A stretch of 64,000 bases of DNA, from the NCBI GenBank assembly GCA_051294375.1, contig CM119266.1, forward strand, positions 1,617,554 to 1,681,553. The letters run 5' to 3'. Shown piece after piece: positions 1 through 14,388 of the stretch. Made by a program: the position numbers and the translations under genes. Each line of letters begins with the position of its first letter. Positions within the stretch are counted from its first letter, which is position 1. Below the pieces are notes generated by a model that did no database searches, was not told where the DNA came from, and was given only the letters and a program-made list of their open reading frames with translations. The DNA comes from Paraspadella gotoi. Lineage: Eukaryota > Animalia > Chaetognatha.

Positions 1-32
1 ACACTCTCCATCTCTCCCATCTTTTAATCCAG

Positions 33-1341
33 GCTCTTTCAGCGAGTGGAGGAAGCCCTCCCGCAAGTCGACGATCTCCTCCAAGGTCGGTGGCGCCGGA
101 TCTTCACCGACGCAGCCGTCGCACCTGACGCCGTCGACAAGGCGGTGGATGGTGGCGGCGGCGAAAGCGGAGTATCACCCTCTGGCCAAGATGCTCGCGA
201 ACGACGGGCGGTTGGCAACCTTCAAGGACATCGTCAACGGATACACCGCGTTGCACTGGGCCGCCAAGGAGGGACAGGTTGATAATAAGGGTTTTATGTA
301 TCTGCGCTTGGCCGAAAAGGAAAGGATCGGTTGATGATTTCAAATGCGCGAAGTGCTCAACTCTCAATTCCCCTCCAAGGTCGACGTTGTCAAGCTCCTC
401 ATGGGCTTTGGCGCAGAAGTTGACGCTCGGAGCAACGGTGGCTACACTGCCTTGCATCTGGCGTCGATGCATCGTCATTCGCAGGTGCGATACAATCTAC
501 GATTCCCTCTTGACATCTTGCTCTGCTTGTGCTTTTATCATCTTTAAATCTCTCTCTCTTTCTCTCTTTCTCTCTTTCTCTCTTTCTCTCTTTCTCTCTT
601 TCTCTCTCTCTCGCCCCAAAGGTTGCGCGCCTTCTCATAGAGGTTTACCACGCGAACGAAAACGCTCGCGACTTCGCCGGTCGTCGTCCCCGCGACTACG
701 GCGTCGAAAGTGAACACAAAGACGACGAAAATTCCGACAAATTGGGAGGTAGGCTTAGAATGACTTATCGAAACTGTTGGTATATTTTAATCCACTATAG
801 TTGATTCTTTCCGCGAAATTAATACTTATTTCATATTAATCCTTATTTAACTAATACAACTCTCGTCAAGTTTATACTTAATCCCTACCCCGCAGTGGCG
901 CGCGGCGGCTCCCAGCGCTCCTCGTGGCGAAAATTCGCGTCGAAATCCGAAGAAAAACAAGAGACAAACGGAAAGAAATTGTCGTCGTGGCGATCCAAAT
1001 CCGACGGGCATTTCAAGCAGTATCAGCAGCAGCAAAAGCGGGAGCAAGAGCGAATCAAACAGCAGCAAGAGCAGGAGGCCCAACTGCGTAAGATGCAGCT
1101 GCAGCGAATGAAGGACCTGCAGCAGCATCACCGGCAATCGATCAAAGAACAGCAAAATCAGCAAAGGCTGAAGGAACAACAGCAACAGCATCAGAGACTG
1201 AAGGAACACCAGAAACAGCATCAATGGCAGGATACGCGGCAGGAAGAGCAGCAGCACGCGAGGTCGGCGCCGAAGAAATCGCCGATGAAGGCTTTCGAGG
1301 AAGCTGAGTTTCAGAGAACCACACAGATTACTTTCGTTTGA
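33..1341 (+). CDS. SOWAH (sosondowah)-like ankyrin-repeat protein, 3' exons: 33-277, 380-484, 622-748, 896-1341 (5' end outside window)
   Basis: GT-AG junctions join in phase to give ...RWMVAAAKAEYHPLAKMLANDGRLATFKDIVNGYTALHWAAKEGQ|VDVVKLLMGFGAEVDARSNGGYTALHLASMHRHSQ|VARLLIEVYHANENARDFAGRRPRDY..., the two-ankyrin module typical of SOWAH proteins, followed by a Gln-rich tail. Confidence 0.8.
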
Positions 1342-3368
1342 TTGGAGACTCAGATTTTAATATATGCATTATTTTAAATTTGTAATTGTTATAATTTGAT
1401 TTCCTCAATCTTTTTCATCGATTAGATAGACGATTTAGATCTAATTAGACATCTAAGGGATCTTAGCCTTATGATAATACATATACTTATTTATCGATTT
1501 TTTTTCTTTGTTCTTGTTTTCTTGTTCTTGTAATATTCGATGTCTTTTATTATAAAACAAGAATTAAAAGAGAGAAAAAAAAATTGTTCTCGTGAAGCAA
1601 AGAAATTTGTAGTTATTTTCCAAGAGAGAATGAGTTTATTCTCTATAGACAATCCGTTTTCCTTTTTAAAAATAAATGTATTCTCGATTGGCCTCGTTTA
1701 ATCCATCAATTAACTCCATCCGCCGATTTCGCTTTAACTTTTTTACCGCTTCATTCTCTCCCCTCGCTTCTCAAAACGGGCCGTTCTCCCAAAGTCATTA
1801 AATTCTACCGCCGTTCTCCAATGGTCGTTCTCGCCAACCGAACCTCCCGATTCACAAATTATCCCTCGCATATTTTTTAACAAATTTTGACGCTTTCGAT
1901 AAAACTTCGCCGATCGTTAAAAAATCTCCCCTTAAATCATCGGATTGAGGGGCGCGAAATGAGGAGAGCTCTCTCTCTCTCTCTNNNNNNNNNNNNNNNN
2001 NNNNNNNNTTATTTTTATTAATATATAACTCTTTCTCGCTCATTTTTTATTATTTTTATTATTTTTATTATTTTTATTAATATATAACTCTTTCTCGCTC
2101 ATTTTTTTAACACTCTTCTCTTCCTCTTCTCTCTCCCTCCCCATCTCAAAACCGATGCTTCGGTCGATGGTGAAACAAAAAAATGTTCTGTCAAACTGGA
2201 TGTCGTTGTCGTCGTCGTCGTCGTCGTTGTCGTTAGACTCGGAAATTAGCTCGGGGCGTGTTTGGCTGGATGGGCGGGTAGAAAGAGTGATAGAAGTCGG
2301 TACAAAGTGGAAGGGGTGTTGAGAATATAGATACGGTATTTAAGTAACGGTATCATACTGTATAATACTAATCACTCGGTAAGGTGAGTTAATTAGAAAA
2401 ACTCTCGAAAAAGGCATTAAAACTCTCAATACTTTCTGCAATCAATCGATCGATCAACAATGAACCAATGGCCTTTAAAATTTCCAAAGATAAAATCTAG
2501 ATTATATGAGGAATTCAAATGGGAAAGGTGACGTTTTAGAATGGATTAAAGGAAAGTCAATTTCTTTGTTAATCGTGGAAGATTTTTATACGAACTGATT
2601 AACGAATTGGAACGTCCGCAACAGAGAAGACTCATTTCGTCAACTAATAAATCTGACCCCCGGTTAACGATTTGGGTATTTGGTTAATCGATTACGTTAG
2701 GGATTATGGTTAAGGATCGGTTAGGCAAGTTTATAGATTAAGAACAGAAATGGGCGTCTTTGGAAAATAGTGCCGACTTTTCGTTATTCTTTTTCTTCTT
2801 TAAAACTAAATCAGTAAATGACCGAAAAATCTAATAATTAAATTCTTTTATTTTCACGAACGCGACTCAAAACTTTGTCGACTGAGAATCGTTTAGGCGG
2901 GAATCATCGTCGATGTCTGGAGAATGAGGACGACAAGGACAACAACGACAACAACAACAACGACGGCCGAATGTCGTGATGTTAATAGACGCCTATAAAC
3001 GTCCGTGAAGCGAGAAGGCGGGCGCTAGGGATCGAACGCGGCTATTGCCGGACTGTGCGTCCACTACGGTTATATTTTTGGTATTGTTTTTACAATTTTC
3101 TTATATTTCAAAGTCATTTCATGATCTCAATATCTTATTTAGCTCTATTGCAGTATATCTTTTCTGTCGTCTCTATAATCGAGGTCCTTACGTTTATAAA
3201 AAAAGAGAGACTAACAAAGTCAAATATTAATACATTTCATTACATTCACGGTGAGACCATGAGCCGAAATGTAATTCGTTTGGGGTCAAGCGAAACTCTA
3301 AATTGGCGATGATGATGAAAAAATAATGAATTCTCGACGGAAAATAATCGAAAAAGACTCATCATCAA

Positions 3369-3439
<71 letters not shown>

Positions 3440-3604
3440 CTCTCTCCTCTCTCCTCTCTTCTCTCTCTCTCACCTGTGTGAAACTGACGGGCGATAAACT
3501 GTTTTAACTCGCGAAAATCGATCTCACAACACGAATAAGTCGTTCGTCATTTCCTTTCGTACATTTCGTCGCCGCATGACTTCTTTTTTTTTTAACCGAA
3601 GGCG

Positions 3605-4590
3605 GAGGATTGTGGGTGGGATGGGGAATATGGTGGGGAATTGCGGGGGACTTGTGGACAGTTAACGTGGGTGAGATAAGGGGGATAATGTGGGGAATTG
3701 ATAAGATGGGGATATGTGGGGAATTGCCGGGGGACTTGTGTGGGGAACAGTAACGTGGGGAGAAGAATGGGGGATATGTGGGGAATTGTTAAGATAAGAA
3801 TGGGGGATAATGTGGAGAATTGCCGGGGGACTTGTGGGGACCATGTAACGGGGGAGATAAGATGGGGTATTTGTGGGGAATTTCGGGGGACTTGTGGGGA
3901 CAGTAACGTGGGAGATAAGATGGGGGAATGTGGGGGAAATTGATAAGATAAGATGGGGGATATGTGGTGAATTGCGGGGACTTGTGGGGACAGTTAACGT
4001 GGGGAGATAGAGAAAGGGGGATATGTGGGAATTGATAAGAATAAGATGGGGGATTGTGGGGAATTGCGTGGGACTTGTGGGGACAGTACACGGTGGGGAG
4101 ATAAGATGGGATATTTGGGGAATTGCGGGGGATTGTGGGGTTACAGAGTAAGTGGGGAGATAAGATGGGGGATATGTGGGGAATTGCGGGGACTTGTGGG
4201 GCAGTAACGTGGGGAGAATGAGATGGGGTATATGTGGGGAATTGATAAGATAAGAATGGGGGATAGTGGGGAATTGCGGGGGACTTGTGGGGACATAGTA
4301 ACGTGGGGAGAATAAGAATGGGGGATATGTGGGAATTGCGGGGTGGACTGTGGGGAGTAACGTGGGAGATAGATGGGGGAATATGTGGGGAATTGATAAG
4401 AATAAGATGGGGGATTATGTGGGGATTGCGGGGGAACTTTGTGGGGACAGTAACTGTGGGAGATAAGAATGGGGGATATGTGGGGGATTGATAAGATAAA
4501 GATGGGGATATGTGTGAGGGGAATTGCGGGGGCGGGGACTGTGGGGAACAGTAACGTTGGGGAGATAAGATGGGGATAATGTGGGGAATT
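3605..4590. repeat. G-rich minisatellite running into an N-gap
   Basis: Recurring blocks GGGGAATTGCGGGGGACTTGTGGGGACAGTAACGTGGGGAGATAAGATGGGGGATATGT with variable G-run lengths; strong strand asymmetry. Confidence 0.9.
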
Positions 4591-4951
4591 NNNNNNNNNN
4601 NNNNNNNNNNNNNNNGCACAGGATCGACTGAGACATTTTTTTTTCTCGAAAAAGCCGTAAGTATATATATTACCATGGCAACGAGACGCAATAACAACAA
4701 AGCATTAATCCGTTAAAGTAATTCAAAAGCCTTGTCATGATCATCGTATGTTTCAAAAACCTCACACGCCAAAGAAAACGAGTTTCACGGATCTTCACCG
4801 TTCGTGAACGTCGAATCACCGTTAGACAAAAGACCAATAAACTTTGACCCGAGTTTTACTAATCGCTACCGATGTATTTTGAATTATAATTACAATTATA
4901 CAATATAGACTGATATCACAAGATATAACATTTTACTAAAGACGAAAGTTT

Positions 4952-7900
4952 CTATCGCTTCGTCAAAATATCGGTCTCTTTCTGTTTAAACTTCTTTTGT
5001 GCCAGAGCGGAAACTCTGGTTAAACCCTTGTGCCGCTCGCCCGGCAGCGCCGCCTCCGCCGCCACTCTCGCCACCTCCTTCTCCCTCGCTTCTCTCGCCG
5101 CCCGCCGCGCTTCTCTCTCCAACACCGCCGGGTCAGGCGGCGGATGGCGGGGAAGAGGAGTCCCGTCCTCTGGGGGGAGGGAGGGAGGCGGGTTTAGAGA
5201 GAGGAGGAAGTTGTCAATTTTATTGTTTTATTTTATTTTCCTCACTTCTTTCTTTCATTTATTCATACATTCATTCATTCATTCATTCATTCATTCATTT
5301 ACTTTTTTTTGTTTATCTATTTGGCCATGCATATCTCCATATATTCATTCATTCATTCCGTCCGTCCGTCCGTCCCTCCGTCCCTCCATCCGTCAGTCCA
5401 TCCATCCATCCATCCATCCATTCCATTCCATTCCATTCCATATTCATCGTTCTTTTCATCAATCCATCCAGTCAACTCCTCCCATTCCATCTGTACCCAA
5501 TCCAATCCTTCTTAATACCAACCGTAATGAGGGAGTTCCTGCTGCACCAGCTGATCCTTCCGATTCGTGGTGTGGACGCCGCCGCAGCGCCGCTCTCCGC
5601 GCCATACGTCCGCAGCCTCGCCCGGCGCCGGCACCGTCATGTAGGCGTCCGCGTCGGAGAGAAGGCGGCGCCGATCGGCGAAGAAAGGATCGTCGATTGG
5701 CTGAATTGAATGAATGATTGAATTGAATTAAAAAGAATTGGTTGATTGATTGATTGGATTGAATGAGTGATTGGATTGAATTGAATGAGTGATTGGATTG
5801 AATTGAATGAGTGATTGGATTGAATTGAAAAGAATTGAATGAGTGATTGGATTGAATTGAAAAGAATTGATTGATTGATTGATTTTCAACGGATTCGCTG
5901 ATTGATTAATGATTGATTGATTTGCTGATTTTCAAATATTTCCGATTGCGTGTAAATAGTTCTTTTATTTATTCATTGATTTGTTGATCGCTTACTTGAT
6001 TCAACAATTTCTTGATTGACTGAATGATTGATTTGCTAATTGACAAATGCGACTGATGGCCTTAAAAGATGGATTGATTTATAATTCAATGATCTACTTT
6101 TTTTTTATTTCTAGATTTATTGCCGAATTTATTGATTCCATTTTCTTGATTGATCGATGGATTGATTGATTGATTGATTTGATTGCTTCACCTTCTCCAA
6201 TCCCCTGTCCCTCTTTTCCTCCCACACNNNNNNNNNNNNNNNNNNNNNNNNNNNNNNNNNNNNNNNNNNNNNNNNNNNNNNNNNNNNNNNNNNNNNNNNN
6301 NNNNNNNNNNNNNNNNNNNNNNNNNNNNNNNNNNNNNNNNNNNNNNNNNNNNNNNNNNNNNNNNNNNNNNNNNNNNNNNNNNNNNNNNNNNNNNNNNNNN
6401 NNNNNNNNNNNNNNNNNNNNNNNNNNNNNNNNNNNNNNNNNNNNNNNNNNNNNNNNNNNNNNNNNNNNNNNNNNNNNNNNNNNNNNNNNNNNNNNNNNNN
6501 NNNNNNNNNNNNNNNNNNNNNNNNNNNNNNNNNNNNNNNNNNNNNNNNNNNNNNNNNNNNNNNNNNNNNNNNNNNNNNNNNNNNNNNNNNNNNNNNNNNN
6601 NNNNNNNNNNNNNNNNNNNNNNNNNNNNNNNNNNNNNNNNNNNNNNNNNNNNNNNNNNNNNNNNNNNNNNNNNNNNNNNNNNNNNNNNNNNNNNNNNNNN
6701 NNNNNNNNNNNNNNNNNNNNNNNNNNNNNNNNNNNNNNNNNNNNNNNNNNNNNNNNNNNNNNNNNNNNNNNNNNNNNNNNNNNNNNNNNNNNNNNNNNNN
6801 NNNNNNNNNTTTCCTCCCACACGCGTCGCTGGTGATTGATTGATTGATTTGATTGCCTCACCTTCTCCAATCCCCTGTCCCTCTTTTCCTCCCACACGCG
6901 TCGCTGGTGATTCACGGCGTCAGTGAATCCATTCACGTTTCGTTTGAACGAAGGATTTATCGTCGCCGGTGAAACGCCGGTCAACCCGCCGAAACCGGCG
7001 CCGCAGCAGCCGCCGCCGACGGCGCTGTTGTTGAGATTTCTGCGAGAAAAGAAAAGGCTTCATTTTCTTTCTTAGCCTGTGACGACAGAGTTTCAGACTT
7101 TCATTCCCCCCCCCCACACAACTCGCCTCAAATTCCTCCTGAGCTGCGCCTGTCCGAAGACCGTATAAGGCGTGGCCGACTTGGAGGTGTTGAGCCCGTC
7201 GATGGCGGGCAGAGGCGGAGCCACGGCCTGTTTGACCATCCTCACCGGTCGATCGCAAGAGGCGCAGTGAAACTTGAGGAACTTCACCAAGGCGCCATCT
7301 TCCTCTCCTTCGGTGATTCCTGGGGAAATAAAAATAGTGAATTAATCGGTTGAATGAGAGAGTGAGTGAGAATTAGTGAGCGAGTTTCTCGGTTTTTCAT
7401 GTTTGTACCTTCAATTTTTAATCTGTGTTCGATTTTCGTATCGTTTAAACTATTTCAACATTTTACTATTAAGTTGACACTTAAAGCCGCACTTTTATCT
7501 CAAATCCGACTTTTCCCCCCCACGTCCCTCGAAATCTCATACCAGATCCTCCCGAAACCCTCAACCTCCGACAACCCCCACACCTCGCAAAAACCCTACC
7601 CAGCGCCCACCCAAAATCTCTCTCAGCATGTTCCTCATCCTCTCCATGGCCTCGCCCCATTCTTCCTTATAAGTGTCGAAGAGACGAAGGTTGAGCTTCT
7701 GATCCAAAAGGTCGCGCGTCTCCGCCACGTGGCGGACGAGGACGCCCTCGTTTTTGACCACCTCGAGGAGGAGGAGGAGGAGGAGGAGGAGGAGGAGGAA
7801 GAGGCTATTAGAGTCAGAGCCTTTATTTGACTATGATTCGACCACCTTAAACGGTAAAATGAAATTATGATTTAATGTAATTTAATTTAATTAAATTCTT

Positions 7901-10900
7901 AACTCTTACTCCTCATATTTATCTTCAGCTACAAGGAGATATCAAATAATCAATAATCAATCAATGAAACTAATAAAAATTATATCCTGACACTTTTATT
8001 TCCCTTTTTTTCCCACTTACCTTTTTTATCTGATCATCCCGATCTCTTTCTCACCAAACGAATTCATCCAAACGGCCATATTTTTCAAAACCTCCCCATT
8101 TCAGATGAAATAAAAGAAGAAATCGTTTGTTTTTTTTTTTCAATTTAAAAATATTAAGGTTCAAATTAAGTTAAAGAACAGAAATGGGGCGGTTTCTTTC
8201 TACCTGCCCTAACCTTTTTCTACATTCTATGTTCTATTTTTCAAACCCAAGATCCCCCTCAACCACCTTCCCCCCATCCACCATTCCCAGCCCAGTCAAC
8301 CCACCTTATCGCTCAAATCCGCCATCGTCTCCCCGATTTCTCGCAGATTTTCCTGAAATTCTTCCTGTTGCACCAACGAAGGCAGAACCGCCAAGTCCAT
8401 CTTCTTGTTCAGCTCCATCAAGGCCCAGAGTCGGTCGGCCTTGGTGCTTTCCAAGTGGGTCACCTTGATTAGGAAGGTTCCATCGGACAACGTCTCTCCC
8501 ATTGAGTTTGGACAAAAGCAAAAACCTTTTCTTTCAACATTTTGATGTCCCTCGAGTGTTCGTCGGTGATGACAGTGAGGCTTTTGATCGTCTCCTGTTG
8601 CCGCAACACCTCGTCCTTGATTTTGCGCTGGGTTTCGCCGAATTCCTCAAGGGTCTAGGATCGTCGAGGATTGAAGCAAGAATTAAATTTATACAGTTTT
8701 ATTAATCAAGTGAGTTTACACAAATTTTAGCTTAGCAACGACCCGTCTTCAATTGTAAAAATTGGGTTATAAAATTGTAACATTTCCCGCCAACCTGGTC
8801 GATCCTATCTATTTGTTCCGCCGCTCTCATTTTCTCCTTCTCCATCTCTTCCTTCATCGAGTCCAGATTGTCTTTGAGGCCGGCGACGCCGCCGCCCTCC
8901 CGCTGCTCCTCCTGCAGCATCTTCTTAAAGGCGTCGAGTCCCCCTCCGGCCAGCATCTTCACCAGATTCGACATCAGGTCGCCCTGGGTCGAGGTGAAGA
9001 GTAAAGGGTGGGTGAGGTATGAAGGGAAAAAGAAGCAATCTTGAGGCGACTTACCTTAAGTTTTACCAATTGTTAACCTCCATTCCTTTTCTCTCTCTCT
9101 CTCTCTCTCTCCCTCTCTGAACAACTGAACATGTCTGTTTTTGTACTTAAACAAGAAAAAAAGGCAAAGAATGTTATGCATGTACCTTATTCTGTTTTGA
9201 ATGATCACCCAGTCTGTTTAAAAGCGGCTTATATTTTGGTTTTTCGTGTACTTTAGTTTCCATTTATTTCTTTCAAATTTTCCAACATCGCAGAGTTAGT
9301 TTCCCATATTAAGCACCATAACATTTCAACTGCACCATAGCCTCGATTTTATCAGCATCATTAAATTCTACCTGCACCATGGCGTTCCTAAACTTCATGA
9401 GCAACTTGATCTGCGTGTCGTGCATGTTGAGCCTTTCCTCGGTGGCGCCGCGGAACAGCGCCATCTGACCCAAACCAGCGAGTGTCTTTTGCGCCTCGCT
9501 GGTGCCTGTCAAGAAAATAAAAAAGAGTAAACAAAAACCTATTTCTTACACAGAATGAATATTTTATCAAGCATAGGACCAAACAAGTTTACCAAAGAAA
9601 ACCATCAAGCAAAAGAAAATCAAGAAATGTTGCAAACAAGCAATTTTTCGAAGGCGATTAACTAAAAAATCATTCAAGGAACCAAATTTTAAAAAAAAGT
9701 AAACAAAACAACCAGGTAAGCTAGCAAGCTTTTTTTAACAACCAAGCAAGCAAACAGCCAATCAAGCAAGCAATCCGTCTCGCCTTCTTCGTGAAAGATC
9801 GACTCTGGTTCTCCATCGAAGGGGCTCCAGTCTTCGTCCGAGTCCAAGGGTCGGTCGTACTGACGCGTGGACGGCCGACTCGACTGTTTGGTGGAAGGTC
9901 GAGACGAGGCCTTCGTCGATTCTTGCGCCGGAGATCGTCCGCCGCTTTTCTGGGCTCCGCCGGCGTCGGAAGGCGGCGCCGATTTAAGGGAGACTGGAGG
10001 CGGCAGCGTATCTTCGACTGCGCCGCCACCGCCAGCTTTCTTGCCAGCTCCCGCGCCGCCGGCTCCACCTCTGGCTCCCCCTTCTCCGCCACCGCCAGTT
10101 CCAGCTCCTGCTCCGGCTCCTTTACCTTTTCCTCCTCCTCCTCCTCCTCCTCCTCCTCCTCCTCCTTCTCCTCCTTTATCCTTCCCTCTATCTCCAGCAC
10201 CTGCCTCTACTTTCGCTCCTGCCCCGGCTCCAGCCCCGGCTCCAGCTCCTCCTCCTCCGCCGCCCTTTCCTTTGCCCTCTTCCGCTTTGTCTTCAGCCAG
10301 GGCGACGTTTCTCTTTTCGCTTGCTTTTCCTCCTCCTGCTCCTCCTCCTCCGCCTGCTGGAGTGGGACTCTTGATGACCGGTTTTGCTTCCGAAGCTCCA
10401 GTTCCCCCTCCTGCTCCTCCTCCACCACTATTCGCTCCACTATCACCCCCGCCACCGCTTTTTCCTCCTGCTCCTCCACCTCCCACCTTTCCTCCTTTTT
10501 TCCCTCCTTTCTCTTGCTCGTCCTCATATTCGGACTCACCTCCGCTCTTTCCTCCCTTTCCTCCCCCTCCTCCTCCTCCTCCTCCTCCTCCTCCTCCTCC
10601 TCCTGTTTTGGTCTGACCTTTACCTCCTTGCGGTTTGATGTCCTCTTCGTCTCTGGAAACTAAATTAGTGAAAGATAGTATAAGCTAAGTTATAATTTCT
10701 TAGCAATAATTAAAATTAAAAACTGCATTTGTATTAAAAAAATGGCTCATGTATGAGAAGGAAAAGTATGTAAAAGTAAAAATAATAATTAGAACTAAAA
10801 TTAAAATAATAGATTTAGGCAATTATCATTAAAAATTTAAAAGTAACAAGACTTAAGGAATAAGGAGACTCCGTTTTGATATATATAATCTCTCTCTCTC

Positions 10901-10912
10901 TCTCCATCTCAT

Positions 10913-10958
<46 letters not shown>

Positions 10959-12144
10959 TCTCTCTCTTCCATCTCTCCCTCACCCTTACGCTCCTCTTCT
11001 CCTTTCCCGCCACTAGGGGGCGGAGCGCTATTTGGTCGTTCCTGCTTATCCTGCTTTCCCCCACCGCCGCCGCCGCCCCCACTGACGCTGGCGGCTCTGC
11101 TCTGCGGGCGGCTGCGCCGGCCGTCGGAGAATCCCTCGAACAGAGAGGAGTCGTCGTCGGTGTCAAAGATGCGACTCGCTTGACGAAGAGATTTGCGACC
11201 AGACGTTGCCGCTTGAGATTTTCTTGTTTGGAGGAGGAAATAAGATAAGAGGAGAATAATTAATAATTAATAATTAATAATTAACCTCTCACCCATCTTC
11301 CTTTGACCTTTCCCTGCCACACCCTTCTTCCAAGTCAGTCATTCCCCACTTCCTCACTACTTGTCCTGCGCTTCAAATCTTTCCCCCCTCTTTCTGTGTT
11401 CCCTTCTTCTTCAATCTCTACAACGCTTGTCCTGCACCTCGAACCGCTCCCTCTCTTCCTTTGTCCACCCCCTGCCTTCTCCCTCTCTCCCTTCTTCCTC
11501 CCTCCCTTCTTCCTCAATCTCCTCACCGCTTGTCCTGCACCTCGAACCGCTCCCTTCTCTCCTTCATCTTCCTCTGCTTCTCCTCGATCTCCTTGATCTT
11601 TTCTTTGTCGTCGCTGAAGAACTTTTTCGCATCCTCCAAATCCCGCCAGGTTCGCTCGTAGTCTTCGTGAGTCTTTTGTTCGCCGAGATGGAGATGTTCG
11701 TCCAATCGGCCCCAAGTCACCAAATTCGTTTCTGGTCGTTTTGTTTAATGCTTAATGTTTGTCAAGTTTGTAAAGTAATATATTCTGTTCCTCTTTAGAA
11801 AAATGTAATGTTTTCATATCTTATTATTGATATAATTTCAAAAGAATATTTTCTTTTGTATCGGCTCGATTCTAAAACCTTAAAATATATAAGAAATTTT
11901 TCATAACCAAAAATAAGAGAGCGAAGTCAGATTGAGCAAACAATTTAGAAACCCCCCCTCTTCCACACCCACGTATCCCTTCCACACCCATGAATCCCTT
12001 CCTCACCTCCAGCGATCATATCGGAGACGAGTTCGAAGACTCGATCCACGCCTTCGGTGTTCGCCTCCACGCGCTTCGCCAGCTGTTCGGCGAAAAGGGA
12101 AGTTAATGGTCAGGTCAAGTCTAGTCAAGACGCTGTTCTTGAGA

Positions 12145-12208
<64 letters not shown>

Positions 12209-12948
12209 GTTCTCGCCACCTCTCCAACCTTGGTCATATTCCACGCGTCCTTCGTTCTGTTAGTTACATCCGTATCTTCGCCGGCGAAGTTAAAATCCGG
12301 GGGCAGACCGACGTCGTCAGTATCGACGACGTCGTTTTCCAACTGATGAAAATAATAACAAGATATAAAAATAATAATATTAATATTAATAAGACAAAAT
12401 ATAATTGATATGTAAAAATCATATCTCAAGTCTAAAGGGTGGTTTAGAAAAAAAGCTGATAAGAGATATGATTTAAATTCTAAAAATAAAATTGCGGAAC
12501 AACCCAACCTTTTCGATTTACTTAATCTTTAAAATCAAAGATCAAATGGAATTCCCGTGAAAAGATCGAGTGATATCTTTACAGTATGTCCTACCGTTAA
12601 TTATTTAATTATACCTTGTTGTTATTGTTATTATTATTACTATCATAATCATGATTAAAAATATCATTTAGTATCATATTATTTTATTATTATTTGATTT
12701 GATTTTACCTTTTATTTTTAAACCCATTGATATAAAAGCTTTCAACTTTACAATTTCGGTATAATATTGTAATCGGCCCAATTGAAGAAAATGGGATGAA
12801 ACCCGCCCTTCCCCGTTTCACCCCGTTGGCTGTGATGAGCCTCTTGATGCAGACATAGAGGAGATTCAAGTTGAGGCATCCTATGTCCGGACTTCCGATG
12901 GCCAAGTCAAGCGCCTTCAGCAACGGAAGTTTATTCTTTCGCGCCCAT
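4952..12948 (-). CDS. QRICH2/C16orf96-like (DUF4795) coiled-coil protein, multi-exon; exons approx 12948-12810, 12342-12230, 12082-12007, 11731-11526, 11230-10986, 10652-9775, 9506-9372, 8985-8794, 8654-8526, 8463-8305, 7762-7611, 7319-7127, 7039-6862, 5700-5523, 5169-4952
   Basis: Family motifs occur in order: LDLAIGSPDIGCLNLNLLY, AWNMTK|LAKRVEANTEG, LVTWGRL, LESTKADRLWALMELNKKMD, KFHCASCDRP...PYTVF and RRCGGVHT. The last four exons were phase-checked (7127 would use a GC donor, AG|GCGAGT). The ATG at 12948 is 1 nt out of frame in a G run. Confidence 0.8.
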
Positions 12949-14388
12949 GGTCGCCGCGCCCAGTCGCATCGCAGTAGCCGATGATTTTTTAAGTCGAAAA
13001 AAAAAATAACGTCACTAAAGTTCCACTACTTTAAAAGACATTTTTAGATTAAGACAAATTTTATTTTGATTATCCTTTAAAATTATGTATGAATGGATTC
13101 TAAACCATTTCGCTTCGTCGGACTCATTTAGTTTACGGCGCGTGGAATTCGAAATTTTCTAATATTTCATTTTAATTACTATTTACAATACTGCCTATTC
13201 ACTAATTGATTACTCTTTTCTAAAGCTAACTCCAATATTCTCTTTGTTTCCGAGTAATTTACTGTAATTAATTATCCAAAGATTGTTTTTGTTTTAAAAT
13301 TTTTATATTTATTGGTTGGTTTTTGTTTTTTTGTCATCTTAGGTCAAATATTTTATCTGCTATTTTAAGTTTCTTATATATATCTCCTAGAAAACCCGTA
13401 AAAACGGTCAAAATATTTCACGATATTATGCAATCTTCGTTGCATCATTTTCATCGAATCAGAAGATCACTAATTTAGGATAAAATCGGAGTGAAGAGCC
13501 GGTGAAACACCGGACGCTGCACCCGACTAGCCTTCGCTGGATCGAAAATTTCAAAAGCACTGGCAACTTTAGCAAATAAGAAATTCAGTCCCAATGTCAA
13601 ATGATTTGTGGGTCGAAGCGGAACCGGCTGCTGCTCTCTGCACCGCAGTCTAACTTGACGGCTCGACGGTTGGAGCACCGGCGGCGGCGGCGACTCGAAA
13701 GATTGTTTAAATTTCAGAATTATCACGAAGTTCATGCATCTCTGCATCTTTTGTCGATTGTTTTTTGTTCATTCTCTTGAACATATTAAATTGTTGTCTT
13801 TTCTTTCTCTTTCCAGAAAAAAATTGTCAATTTAAAAATCTGATAAACATTTTTACGGGAAGCATCATTATTTTAAAAATTTATATAAAGAAATTAAATA
13901 AATGTCATTATTATACATAAATATAAAAAGGAAAAAATAATGAAGTTCATTATAAAATTTCATTCCGAACAAGTTTTTTTTTTTTAAATCCGCATCCGAC
14001 TGAATTGCCCCCTCAATACAAAATCTGCCTCGTCATGATTCCTCGTATTTCTTTCTCTGGGTTTCCCGGTCCTTCACGTCTTTAAAAATTCATATCCCTC
14101 GTGTGATTTTAAACAAAAATCTATATTCATTAGAAACAATTAACTTTCTCTTCGTAAAAAAAACTAATCGATCGAATTTTTTCTTTTATTTCTTTTCCAA
14201 AACGATTTCTCATTATTTCTTTTCCAAAACGACTCTATGATTTCTCATTATATACTTTTTGACATCCTCGTCTAGTGGTTTCAGCTCTCAGTTTTTTTTT
14301 TAGGTTATTTTCTCTAATACTTACGTGAATTACTACTTCCAGTAAACAATCGACTTCCTATCATTTGTTAACGCAAGATTAACTCACA

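Noticed and set aside
3662-4700. ORFs up to 303 aa in the G-rich array
   Set aside because: Translations of a minisatellite.
6094-6984. Long ORFs spanning the N-gap
   Set aside because: Open only because of Ns; just 6862-7039 is supported as an exon.
9791-10663. Plus-strand poly-Pro (formin-like) and poly-Ser ORFs
   Set aside because: Antisense shadows of a low-complexity exon of the minus-strand QRICH2-like gene; no FH2 domain.
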